Positions 50,369 through 62,547 are shown, numbered from the whole stretch's first letter. The stretch is 63,302 nt of DNA, filler included, from Octopus bimaculoides (GCF_001194135.2; 5 parts of 5 records of this genome joined end to end with filler, not necessarily neighbours in it), one strand, 5' to 3'. Translations and numbers: made by a program. Notes: generated by a model from the sequence alone, not told the origin.

Positions 50369-51307
50369 CAAAGGGGTACCCTAAAAAAAAACGGAATTTT
50401 GCAATATTATTTTATTCACTTAGTTGTACATGTTTACCTTTTTTTCACCTTCAGAGTATTGTCCATGCATTGCTCTGGATGCATTTTCCACTGTTTGAAA
50501 CAGTCCTGGAACTCTTGCGGTGTGACGCCTTTTAACACCACTGTTGTTTTTTCTTCACCTCTTCTATATCTGCATTGGATGTTTGCATTGACTTGGTTGC
50601 TGCTTTGTTTCTGGGTCGTAGTCATAGCTCCAGCTTTTGTCACCAGTGATGACCTTCGGAAAAAGGTTCAGCTCTACTTTCGACTGTTTTTTCAGTTCAC
50701 AACACACATTCACTCATGACTGCTTTTGATCTTCTGTGAGTGAGTGAGGCACAAATTTTACTGTAGATCTTTTCATTTGCAATTCCTCAATCAAAATTAA
50801 TTGGCAGGAGCTCCAGGATACACCAGTCATATCAACAAGTTTGTCCATTGTTTGGTGATGGTCCTCCAATATCAGTTCATGAATTTTTTTGATGTTTTCA
50901 TTCATTTGGGAGGTTAACAGTTGCTCTGAATGAGGTTGGTCTTCAAGTGACAAATGAATATTTCTAAAGCACGAAAACCACTTGGTAACTTGTGTTTTGC
51001 TCATGGCAGTGTCCTTGGAAGCTGTTTGAAGCATGACAACTGTTTTGGCCATCGTTTTCTCCAGCAGAAAACAGAATTTCACAGAAGCATGCTATTCCTT
51101 CATTTCAGCCATTGCAAAAATCAACAAACAGTGAAGAAGCTCTGCAAAACAAAGACACACCATGTGGCAGTACGACTTCATTTGCTGGCAGTGGTTGGCA
51201 GACTGATGTCTGAGGGTTGCATCAAGTGGCTTCTAGTGGCTGTAGCCCCAACTACAAGGGGCTTGACCCACAGAAAATATTTCCAGTTACTTTTGGGTAC
51301 CTCTTCG
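50369..51307 (-). mobile_element. Internally deleted mariner
   Basis: TIRs CAAAGGGGTACCCTAAAAAAAAACGGAA and revcomp CGAAGAGGTACCCAAAAGTAACTGGAA; HTH region, FVPHSLTEDQK, KVITGDKSW..YDPETKQ, then a jump to the C-terminal QEFQDCFKQWK. Confidence 0.9.
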
Positions 51308-51329
51308 TCTAACAGTTAAGAAAAAAAGT

Positions 51330-52615
51330 GATAGTGATGTGGTCCTTTTGATACAGGAGTACTTCTATAGACAATTGGGGAACCCTACCATCCAAGATCT
51401 CACTGAACACCAAGGGCAAGTGTTCTCAAGTTCCATTTCTATGACTCACAGGTCTAAACTTCAAGTGGTGCCATCCACTCTTGCCGGTTTTGCAACCTTC
51501 ACCTACCCATCAACAAATTCACTTGAGGATAACATCTCCCTCTTTACATTCACTTTCCTTTACAAGTAAAACTTGAAAATGTTGATGTGGGATCTACCAA
51601 AGAGGAAAGTCTCTGTTCTCAAGTCTTTTGGTCTTGTCCACCAGGCAAAGGAAAACTGCCTTACATTTCCCAATTAGAGGAGGCCACTGGGGAAATCATT
51701 ACTAAGGACTCAGCTGATAGATGGAACCATACCACACGTGACAGCAGCTGTTCAATATAACCCCATAAGTTAGCAATTCTTGGACATTGAACAAGTACAT
51801 GCAGAATGGTTTTGTCATTCTGCACGCATCTTGGACAAGTCTGTCTGACAGCACATCTGTATCTATAAAGTTAATCTTGAACCAGAAGTGTCCCTTGGTA
51901 GCACTGCCAGGTCAAAGACGTCTGAAAATTATCCATGCAGAAAGTCTTTCAGAACAGACTAGCCAGTTTGTTTTCATCAATGTCCAGAGTTTCTCTGAGG
52001 ATGTCATCACACTTCTCCACCACTAATCCTGTATATATTGGAAGAGCGGAACATCCAATCGCATTGCCTTACTCGTAGAGGGCTGTGAGGACCTGATGAC
52101 ACTCTAAGTGCCAGTGCCCAGTCTTGGTTTTTCCTTCACCCAGGTTTGCAGCTCATCAAGGAGATGAGTTTCAGAAAGATTTGTCTCATGAATGGAGTCC
52201 ACACACATTCATCATCATAGAATTATTGCAGGTGGCGTAACCTCAGCCCATGTATGTACATCAGCAGCCATGGTATGCCTAAGCTGCCTTATAGAGGGTG
52301 CTGGCAGCAGACTGACCGCCTGACCATTGAAATGTGTCCTTTCCACAAGAAAATAAACAACAAACATTCCAACTGATCAAGTGGTGTCCAGAGGCAAGGC
52401 ACAACAGTTAGGCAATAAATAATAATGGAGGCAATGTAACCATTTGTCACCTCTGCCTGACCTTTCATGGGCAGTTTCCTCTCTGGCAATTTCTGTGTAA
52501 GACTGGCCACCCTGTTCATCACCTGATCCCAGTTCTTATCCACCTGAATGAACAGGGCCTTAATAGGTTGAGAAGGCTGGAAGTTCTCTTGTGGCTTGCA
52601 GAGCTTCAAGTTTCT
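51330..52615 (-). mobile_element. Tx1/L1-clade LINE 3' fragment
   Basis: NWDQV...RKLPMKGQAEVTNGYIAS...FLWKG...VRRSVCCQHPL*GSLGIP; zinc knuckle CPRC..DKTILHVLVQCP. Confidence 0.82.
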
Positions 52616-52694
52616 GTGACTTCACAGTATGGCAACTTTAATCATAACAATAATAATGACTTCACTGTTTTCATTCAGTTATAAATATTTTCAG

Positions 52695-52759
52695 ATTATG
52701 TCTGCTGTGCAAGAGGAAGGAGTGTCACTTACCACTGTATTAACCACACATCATCATTG
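52695..52759 (+). CDS. HAGH: Hydroxyacylglutathione hydrolase (glyoxalase II), internal exon
   Basis: TTTTCAG|ATT...TG|GTAAGT; encodes IMSAVQEEGVSLTTVLTTHHH(W), matching GLO2 GV.LTTVLTTHHHW. Confidence 0.95.
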
Positions 52760-53092
52760 GTAAGTACCATATTTTATTTTTCCCTATAAATTCTTGAGAT
52801 TAACATGTGAACAAGCAAGCCATATTTAAACTTCACATGCTACATATTATATCTTAAATCTTTAAAAATTTGAATAGAACTTATTATTTTTTAGCGAAGA
52901 ATTAACATTTAAAAGTGATACTGTTGATATTATTGTTTTAGTAAGGAACTACCAAACATTTTATTTTCCTATATCTAGTCAATGTTTACAAAAGAGGATT
53001 TATGTTCTGCTCAGCAATTTAACCAAACACTCAACAAATGCATATCCTGGGAGATGCAAAGTGTATTGTTTTGTGTTTTTTGTAGTGTATTT

Positions 53093-53145
<53 letters not shown>

Positions 53146-54055
53146 AGATTGGTTGATTGATTGATTGATTGATTGATTGTTTGGAGTCTTGGACAGGGCT
53201 GGAATAATTTATGAAAGATCTAATATATTATTTGTATCCTATTGTTGTTTTGTTCAGTTGATCAAAAGCAGTATTTAGAAGTGTTTTAAGTATGTTTATA
53301 CACTGTTTTGCTTTCCTTGCTATTTTCTATGTGTACTATGTCTGTAACTCTTAGTATGTAGAGTTGTCTGTAATTTGTAGTATTTTTATATTTTGTGTGT
53401 TAGTTGTAATTGATGTTTTCTGATAATTCTTAAAGTAAATATTATTGCAGCAAACTTCAGCCTTCACAGTCCATGCCACTAAATGCATAATCAAACATAT
53501 ATTTACAACACTCAAGCACTCAGCTACAACAGTATCCTAAGAACCCTTTCTTGCCCACTCAATTCAGATAAACATGGAAAACACAAAAAAAATATTCATA
53601 CATACAAATGAATAGCAGCACAATCAAGTGTCAGTAGCCACAGACACTGTGCCGGGATTTTCACCACCAATAGCAGGTGCAGAAGAACAGCAGCTGTTGT
53701 GATCAGAGTGACATCACCAAGGCTTCACTGTAACAACCATCAGAATCTACAGGCATGAAGAAATAGGCTGGGTAGTTGAGAGAGTACATGTGCAGACTCA
53801 TTACTACTATCACCACCACATAGACACTGTACCTCATGTTACTTTTGCATTTTAGAATATCCTCAGCTTGATAAAATATGGCATATCTGGAGTTATCAGT
53901 GTGGATTGAAGTTATTTGACCAATTATCTACATACCATAGGTTTGGTCAATCAGGATTCAAGACTATTCTGAGCTACACAACAACACTTCTACTTCTTTT
54001 TGTTTTTTTATCAAAAGTAAAAACAGAATATCAGTTATTCTTTTACCATCTTTAG

Positions 54056-54173
54056 GGACCATGCTGGTGGTAATGAGGGGCTTGTAAAATTAGCTCCTGG
54101 CATTGATGTTTTTGGTGGTGATGATCGAATTCCTGCATTGACACATCACGTTTCCCATGGTGATGAATTTAAG
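54056..54173 (+). CDS. HAGH: Hydroxyacylglutathione hydrolase (glyoxalase II), next exon
   Basis: CATCTTTAG|G...AAG|GTGAGT; phase completes the W codon; encodes [39 protein letters not shown], colinear with human [39 protein letters not shown]. Confidence 0.96.
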
Positions 54174-54378
54174 GTGAGTTACATTTTATTCAAACTTGCC
54201 TAATTAAATCTAAATTTCTCTTGATATATAAGTGGGCATACTAATTAGATTTAAGTATTCACAGTTCACATACCATTATCATTATTGCACTATTTCTGGT
54301 GAAACTCTTAACTTTCAGTAATCTAGTTTGACAAACAGCGAATGAGTATCATGAGGAAGTAGTAATGCATGAATATTT

Positions 54379-54461
<83 letters not shown>

Positions 54462-54889
54462 NNNNNNNNNNNNNNNNNNNNNNNNNNNNNNNNNNNNNNN
54501 NNNNNNNNNNNNNNNNNNNNNNNNNNNNNNNNNNNNNNNNNNNNNNNNNNNNNNNNNNNNNNNNNNNNNNNNNNNNNNNNNNNNNNNNNNNNNNNNNNNN
54601 NNNNNNNNNNNNNNNNNNNNNNNNNNNNNNNNNNNNNNNNNNNNNNNNNNNNNNNNNNNNNNNNNNNNNNNNNNNNNNNNNNNNNNNNNNNNNNNNNNNN
54701 NNNNNNNNNNNNNNNNNNNNNNNNNNNNNNNNNNNNNNNNNNNNNNNNNNNNNNNNNNNNNNNNNNNNNNNNNNNNNNNNNNNNNNNNNNNNNNNNNNNN
54801 NNNNNNNNNNNNNNNNNNNNNNNNNNNNNNNNNNNNNNNNNNATACATATATATATATGTATATATATATATGTATGTATGTATATATA

Positions 54890-54932
<43 letters not shown>

Positions 54933-55170
54933 GAGAAAAGGTTGAGTTCTATATGATACTTTACTTTGGTGGGTTCCAAACGTCGGTTTCTAATAAAGAT
55001 TCTTCATATTACATTGGTAGTTTACTGTAGTAAGTATTTTTTGAATATGAAAATGTTACAAGTATTAAGTGTGTTATGAGCATTTATAGAACACATATCC
55101 TGTAGAAACTCAACAAACAATTAAAGATGGAGAAGAGAAGGTGTTATAAGCTTTTTAAAAATTTAATCCA

Positions 55171-55281
55171 TGCATACAATCATTTCGAACGGTAATATTA
55201 ACATGTAAATAACATGGTAAAGAATTAATTTAATTATAATTATAATTAAATTAATTACATATTACTGTTCTCCTCAGTGCA
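55171..55281 (-). ncRNA. Type I hammerhead ribozyme motif (HHR2) in the PLE2 3' terminal region, extended stem II
   Basis: Minus: TGCA-CTGAGGA (55277-55271)-GAACAGTAATAT...ATATTACCGTTC-GAAA (55186-55183)-TGATT-GTA, predicted cleavage between 55175 and 55174, then TGCA. Confidence 0.8.
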
Positions 55282-55563
55282 AAAAAAGAATACATCGAAA
55301 AGAAGACATCAGAAGAATGTTATACTGTTACAGAAGACTAGATGGAGCGAGTACTACATAACATATTCAGATATACATAATATCTTTATGAAAGGCAATA
55401 ACAAGCTAAGATAGTGTTCAGTCTCGTTGTGTATGAACTATAACTGATGCGGCTGACGGTTGTTTGAAAATATAAGTGAAAAATGTTTAAGAAACAGTCT
55501 CTCTATATGAAGATAAGTAATTAAGTTATATTCATTCCATATAAAGCATTTGTCTTAAGTATA

Positions 55564-55599
<36 letters not shown>

Positions 55600-55898
55600 A
55601 AATAGGCATTGAATGGGACAGCATAGCTACATTTTAATTTACATTTGATTTGACAGTTATGAGCAGTATATAATAATAAAGATAAAGTATTTGTTTTAAA
55701 AAATTCCTTGAATAAGAAATACAAATAGTTAATATAATTTTATATAAGTTACATGAATTTCAAATGAAAAAAGATATAGGGTTATGAGGGAGTAATTATT
55801 AGGTTAATATGATGGGAAAAAAGATTTATCATTAGTTAAAGAGCTTATATTCGTTTGTGTGAGATAAGTCTAAGAAGAAAGAATAAAGATAGAAGAAT

Positions 55899-56054
55899 GG
55901 AGTGGCTGTGTGGTAAGTGGCTTGCTTACCAACCACATGGTTCCGGGTTCAGTCCCACTGCATGGCACCTTGGGCAAGTGTCTTCTACTATAGCCTTGGG
56001 CTGACCAAAGCCTTGTGAGTGGATTTGGTAGACGGAAACTGAAAGAAGCCCGTC

Positions 56055-56112
<58 letters not shown>

Positions 56113-56331
56113 TTGTGTGTCTGTGTTTGTCCCCCCACCATCGCTTGACAACCGATGCTGGTGTGTTTACGTCCCCGTAACTTAGTGGTTCGGCAAAAAG
56201 AGACCGATAGAATAAGTATTAGGCTTACAAAGAATAAGTCCTGGGGTCGATTTTCTCGAGTAAAGGTGGTGCTCTAGCATGGCCGCAGTCAAATGACTGA
56301 AACAAGTAAAAGAGTAAAGAGAGTAAAAGAG
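55899..56331 (+). mobile_element. SINE family B inserted in the PLE2 3' region
   Basis: Nearly complete copy; boundaries defined by the empty site at 60906-61119. Confidence 0.93.
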
Positions 56332-58697
56332 TAATATTACAGACTCGAGAAAGAAGATACTTGCTGTGGTTAAGATTATTGAAAACGATAGTACTATGAT
56401 AAAGAAGTGTTTTTGAGGGGTTGAATAAGGTAGGGGAGATAAGGCTAAGATAAATTCATAAGAAAGATTTTTCGAAAAATTGCACGTTTCTTTATTTTAA
56501 TGTCGACTATGCCAAATATTAAAAAATTACAATATGAATTGAGAATCTAGTTATGCATAAAAGAGGAAAAATTCGTAATATTTTATAAGTAATTTTGTAA
56601 CTTATGGTAAATGTGAATGTAAGAAAAAGTATTTTTATTATTACAGAGTGATAGGTGCTAAGAAATATGTTAAAAATACGAGAGGTAATTCATATATATA
56701 AATATATAAATCTCCTATAAAGAGAAGAGTATTATTTCACTATATGTATATATATTGTATACTGATGCATTTAAAAGGAACAAATCTACAAAATAAGATA
56801 AAAAGATATGTGTATATATGTATATATATAAATACATGTGTACATATGCAGATATATACGCACATATATACTTCCATATACCTGTGTTTAATAATATGTA
56901 TAATATATAACATACGTATATGTATAAAATTAGTATAAACTTTATAAGTAAAATATAGAATATGATATATGATATATTAATTGCATTAATCAGTGTTATG
57001 ATAAAGTTGAAAAACATTAGAAGCAGTAATAATGATAATAATGATAAATGTAAAAAAGTAATAATGAGAAAAAGGTGAAAATACTATAAATCTATTTAGA
57101 TGTATAACCCAAAATGATAAATAAACTATATCTATGAGAATGTGTACATTTTGTGGAAGGGATTGTTGTGCACCAAGAATTATTATAAGTATAAGCATAT
57201 ATCATCTGTAAGATTTGTTTAATATCAGGTAGATTTGCAAGAAACCCTAAATAATTTAAAAAAAAAGATATATAAGAGCTAAATTGTCTCTGAAAATAGT
57301 ATTAAAAGGTATTTGCTTATATCAATAGTAAAATATAAAAAAGTATCATACAGATTGGCAAATATTAGGAATAGGTGAGAGAGGGGTGTATCTAAGTACA
57401 TATTCTAAAAGAAATAGATTACATACAAATAATGTATATATTTGTATATTAAGGAAAGGTCCAAAAATTGTCTAAAAATATAAATTGAGAAAGAGGGGAA
57501 GGTATATGAAGATTTGGTATAGATGAGGGTTATACAATATAGGGGGGATGGTTGAATAATATATGAATATCCAATTAGCATAAGATAATTAATGTAGAAA
57601 ATAGAAATCTGATACCATAGATAGAAATGATGTAGACAGAGGTATTATGCAAAAAAATTAATTATAACGAGAAGGAATAAGATAAAAGTAGTTAAGATGG
57701 GGCAAGGGAGATTATTTAAGATTAATAAAAGGGAATTTTGACATATGTCTACAAGAAAAAACTTTTTCATCTCTTGAATTAACAAGAAAGCTGTTCATTT
57801 TCATTATTTTGTAACTTTCTTCTAGGCAGAATTTACAGATCTTGTTATTATGTCTATAAGATGGAGTTGAAGAAAGTATTTTCCAAGAAATCAATTTATA
57901 TTGCTTCTTGTAAGTTGCCAAACCTTTTTGGATAGACCTGTACTATTTTCTTTTCTAGGGTCATTAAAGGATGATTTATGATTATTTAATTTTAATTTGA
58001 AAGAATTTTGTGTACACCTGATGTAAGTAAATTTAGAGAGATTATGGGTAATAATTGTTGCTTGGTATACTACAATGTTCATTTTACAGTTACCCTCTAC
58101 TTTGCAAGTACTTGGGTTTCTACAATTACAATTAGAATTGTTAGTTGGTACTCTATTGTTATGTCTATATGTATTAAAGGTAATTGAGTTTTGGTTATTC
58201 TGATAATTATAGTCATTAGATATGGAACTATTGGGGTTAGTAGGTATAGTAGAAAGAGTTTTTTTATAATAGAATCAGTCTAGTTTTTATTGCTAAATGA
58301 AGGGATGATCCTAAATAGGTTTGGAGATACTGAGAATCCAAATCTGATGATTTTGTTATTGAATATTTTTGCATATTTAGAGTCAAAAATTTTTTTTTTA
58401 ATAATATTTCTAATGGATTTAATAAAATTAGATTTTAGATGTTTTGCAAAAGGAATTATGATCCAAATGATGTCATTGTTGCTTTCCTTATTATCGCAGT
58501 GGTTTATATTTTGTGGGTCATCTATTCATACATATGGTATATGTTTCTTTTTTTTCTATATTATTCCTATCTTTATTAATATGATTTTTGTGGTTATGTA
58601 AATTATTTGAAGGATGAGATGTAGTGGGATAAGTTTGATTTTTTAAGTGTGTAGGTTTCATGTTCCTATTTCTATCTATATTTAATTGTTTTCAGTA

Positions 58698-60367
58698 TTT
58701 ATTGTCCGGTAGGCCAAGTGAGACCTAAATCTAAGGCCTCTGCCAGGGGTGTAGCCAGCCCACTTATGCATACCTTTCCTTCATTGGACACTAAACTCTG
58801 CTTGCGAAGACCTGTTGAGGCAAGTGAAATCGAAATCGAACTAAATTTGACGCCTGGCATCCATGCCAACGTCGTCTTCTTCATTGGACACGAAACTCAG
58901 CTTGCAAAGACTTATTGGGGCAAGCGAAAGCAAAATTGTGATGGCACCTGTGCCCAGCGTCACATTTCTGGCACTTGTGCCCGCAGCATATGTAAGGACT
59001 TTCGAGTGAGATCGTTGCCAGTGCCCCTGGACTGGCTCTTGTGCAGGTGGCACATAAAATACACCATTTTGAGCGTGGCTGTTGCCAGTATCGCCTGCCT
59101 GGCCTTCGTGCGGGTGACACATAAAAGCACCTACTACACTCTCGGAGTGGTTGGCGTTAGGAAGGGCATCCAGCTGTAGAAACTCTGCCAAATCAGATTG
59201 GAGCCCGGTGTAGCCTTCAGGCTTCACCAGTCCTCAGTCAAATCGTCCAACCCATGCTAGCATGGAAAGCGGACGTTAAACGATGATGATGATGATGATG
59301 ATACTTGGGTTTAATTACATTATTNNNNNNNNNNNNNNNNNNNNNNNNNNNNNNNNNNNNNNNNNNNNNNNNNNNNNNNNNNNNNNNNNNNNNNNNNNNN
59401 NNNNNNNNNNNNNNNNNNNNNNNNNNNNNNNNNNNNNNNNNNNNNNNNNNNNNNNNNNNNNNNNNNNNNNNNNNNNNNNNNNNNNNNNNNNNNNNNNNNN
59501 NNNNNNNNNNNNNNNNNNNNNNNNNNNNNNNNNNNNNNNNNNNNNNNNNNNNNNNNNNNNNNNNNNNNNNNNNNNNNNNNNNNNNNNNNNNNNNNNNNNN
59601 NNNNNNNNNNNNNNNNNNNNNNNNNNNNNNNNNNNNNNNNNNNNNNNNNNNNNNNNNNNNNNNNNNNNNNNNNNNNNNNNNNNNNNNNNNNNNNNNNNNN
59701 NNNNNNNNNNNNNNNNNNNNNNNNNNNNNNNNNNNNNNNNNNNNNNNNNNNNNNNNNNNNNNNNNNNNNNNNNNNNNNNNNNNNNNNNNNNNNNNNNNNN
59801 NNNNNNNNNNNNNNNNNNNNNNNNNNNNNNNNNNNNNNNNNNNNNNNNNNNNNNNNNNNNNNNNNNACCTCCATTTAGAGCACAGTTTAAGCTATCTTTT
59901 CGTAGAAGAAGGTTTATGTTCCTATAACCTGTGTTAATTCTGTAACCCTTTAAAATGGAAGATAAGAAAGTTCATTTTCAGCACTTGATGCTTTTCTTTT
60001 TCCCTAAAGGGAAAAATGCCTCACAAGCAACCAAAGAAATATGTGCAGTTTACGGTGATGTTTCTTTATCTGAAAGAACTGTATGGAAGTGGTTCCCAAG
60101 GTTTCGAGCTGGAGATTGTAGCCTTATTGATAAAGAGCGATCAGGCAGACCATCCACTACAGATGATGACCAAATAAAGTCATTAATTGAGAATAACCCA
60201 CATTGCACAACCCGAGAATTGGCAGAAGGCCTCAACCTATCAAAATCTGTCGTTCATGAGCACCTGGTAAAGCTTAGGTACACAAATCGCTACGATGTTT
60301 GGGTACCACATGAGTTGAGTGAGAAGAACCTTTTGGAAAATTGGCACGAACTTTCCGGACAACCCAA
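58698..60367 (+). mobile_element. Deleted mariner inserted at a TA within PLE2
   Basis: Transposase N-terminus 59955-60335 (HTH, RSGRP, WVPHELSEKNL) runs directly into the right TIR GGCACGAACTTTCCGGACAACCCAA; TA at 60368-69 and 58696-97; left TIR only a remnant (TTGTCCGG). Confidence 0.7.
58711..59300 (+). mobile_element. Family C RTE-related non-autonomous element
   Basis: Internally duplicated modules; GGTTGGCGTTAGGAAGGGCATCC; tail CCATGCTAGCATGG...TTAAAC(GAT)n; second copy at 61885-62304. Confidence 0.8.
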
Positions 60368-61219
60368 TAGATAAATATTGGAATAATTAGAATAATTAGA
60401 ATAGGTGCTATTGTTTTTGTTGTACTTAATTCGATATTTGTATCTTGCCTTCTTAAGTGCTAGATTATAGTAGTCTTTATGCTAGTTAAAAATTTCTTCA
60501 TTGGATGATGATAAGTTAATTCTATTTTCTATGTTAGAGGTTAGATTTTTTATAATATTATAAGGATGGTTACTTTGTACATGTATGTATGTGATATTGT
60601 TGTTGAGTTTATGGTAAAGTTGATAAGAAGATGTATTAAGGTTAAAGTTAATTTATAAGAAGTTCACTGAGTAGTTATCTTTTTCAATGGTGATGGCTAG
60701 TCCTTGGTTTTTGAAGAAATTGTGTACTCTTTTTTTGTATAGCTCAAGTTTCCTGTTGGAGGTATTTCTAACTAAGAATAGTGCATCGTCGTGGTAAAGA
60801 CCACCTTCTAATTCAGGGAATTCATCTTTGAGTAAGTGTAAAAGGTAAATTTCGACTAAGTCGGTGACTTCAGCTGGGTCTTGTACGTCCATAGGTATAT
60901 CGAAACAATAATCTTAACCACAGCAAGTATTTTCTTTCTCGATTCTGTAATATTAACAGCAATTCTTCTATCTTTATTCCTTCTTCTTAGACTTATCTCA
61001 CACAAACGAATATAAGCTCTTTAACTAATGATAAATCTTTTTTCCCATCATATTAACCTAATAATTACTCCCTCATAACCCTATATCTTTTTTCATTTGA
61101 AATTCATGTAACTTATATANNNNNNNNNNNNNNNNNNNNNNNNNNNNNNNNNNNNNNNNNNNNTTAATTAATTAANNNNNNNNNNNNNNNNNNNNNNNNN
61201 NNNNNNNNNNNNNNNNNNN

Positions 61220-61251
<32 letters not shown>

Positions 61252-61299
61252 ACATATATATATATAAATGTATATATATATATATTTCATGGTGCTCCA

Positions 61300-61465
61300 T
61301 TCCACTCAGATGCAATTCAAAGGGCCAACCTAGTCACATCTTGTGTCACATTGAATTTCACTGAGAACTGTGTTAAGGGTACACATGTCTGTGGAATGGT
61401 CAGACAGTTGCATCTTAATTTCATTGGATCAACTAGAAGCCTCGTCATCGTAACTGACAGTACCA
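61300..61465 (+). mobile_element. SINE family E, 3' fragment
   Basis: GTTAAGGGTACACATGTCTGTGG...GGATCAACT...CCTCGTCATCGTAACTGAC matches 1860-1975. Confidence 0.7.
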
Positions 61466-61602
61466 TTTGTATGTATGAATGTATGTATATGCATATATGT
61501 ACATTCTTATATATATTCATGTAAGTATATCTATCTGCGTGTGTGTGTGTGTGTGTTTGTGTGCGTATGTATTTGTGCACGCATGCATGTGCGTGTGTAT
61601 CT

Positions 61603-61781
61603 CTAGGCACAAGTAAATTGTGGGGTTAAGAAGTCTGCTTCCCAACCGCATGATTTCAGTCTCAGTATCACTGTGTGGCACTTGGGGACACTAGTGACTT
61701 CTACTATAGTAACAAGCTGACTAAAGCCTTGTGAATAGATTTGGTAGATAAAAACAGAAAGAAGCCTTCGTGTATTTGCAT

Positions 61782-61790
<9 letters not shown>
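61603..61790 (+). mobile_element. SINE family B, 5' half, old
   Basis: Degenerate head, then AAAGCCTTGTGAATAGATTTGGTAGA and (TA)n. Confidence 0.7.
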
Positions 61791-61868
<78 letters not shown>

Positions 61869-61884
61869 CATAGATATATACATA

Positions 61885-62301
61885 CATCATCATCATCGTT
61901 TAACGTCGGCTTTCCATGCTAGCATGGGCTAGACGATTTGACTGAGGACTGGTGAAACCAGATGGCTATACCAGGCTCCAATCTGATTTGGCAGAGTTTC
62001 TACAGCTGGATGCCCTTCCCAACGCCAACCACTCTGAGAGTGTAGCGGGTGCTTTTATGTGCCACCGGTATGAAGGCCAGACAGGCGGTACTGGCAAAGG
62101 CCATGCTCAAAATGTTGTATTTTATGTGCCACCCACACAAGAGCCAGTCCAGGGGCACTGGCAACAATCTCGCTCGAAAGTCCTAACACATGCCATGGGC
62201 ACAAGTGTCAGAAAGGTGACGCTGGGCACAGGTGCCATCCCGATTTCGCTTTCCCCAATAAGTCTTCGCAAGCTGAGTTTCGTGTGTCCAATGCAGGAGA
62301 T

Positions 62302-62304
<3 letters not shown>
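61885..62304 (-). mobile_element. Family C element, 5'-truncated
   Basis: Reverse complement of ~58870-59300. Confidence 0.88.
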
Positions 62305-62341
<37 letters not shown>

Positions 62342-62344
62342 TTT

Positions 62345-62508
62345 GCTTTTATTTTTTTATTTATTTCAGTCATTTGACTGCGGCTATGTTGGAGGACCAC
62401 TTTTGGTCAAACAAATCGACACCAGGTCTTATTCTTTGTAAGCCTAGTACTTATTCTATCAGTTTCCATTGCTGAATCACTAAGTTACAGGGACTTAAAT
62501 ATAACAAC

Positions 62509-62547
<39 letters not shown>

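Larger units (their letters stand above)
54933..61119 (-). mobile_element. Penelope-like element 2: inverted 5' terminal copy, truncated RT, GIY-YIG, long 3' region; carries nested insertions
   Basis: FDIPM.VQDPAEVTDL, GGLYHDDAL, SNHPY (60905-60370); DIIWIIIPF, KIFN, CNCR...VVYQA...FTYI.CT..SFK...NH, CKFCLEE, CRH, stop at 57712; left boundary (54933) inferred from the (TA)n flank. Confidence 0.85.

Noticed and set aside
54975-55015. Second HHR remnant (ATGAAGA...GAAAC) near the PLE2 end
   Set aside because: C3 is missing and stem II is unpaired; at best a relic
61940-61965. CTGAGGA...GAAAC in family C
   Set aside because: No stem II closure, and the 58711 copy has GAAGC; not a hammerhead
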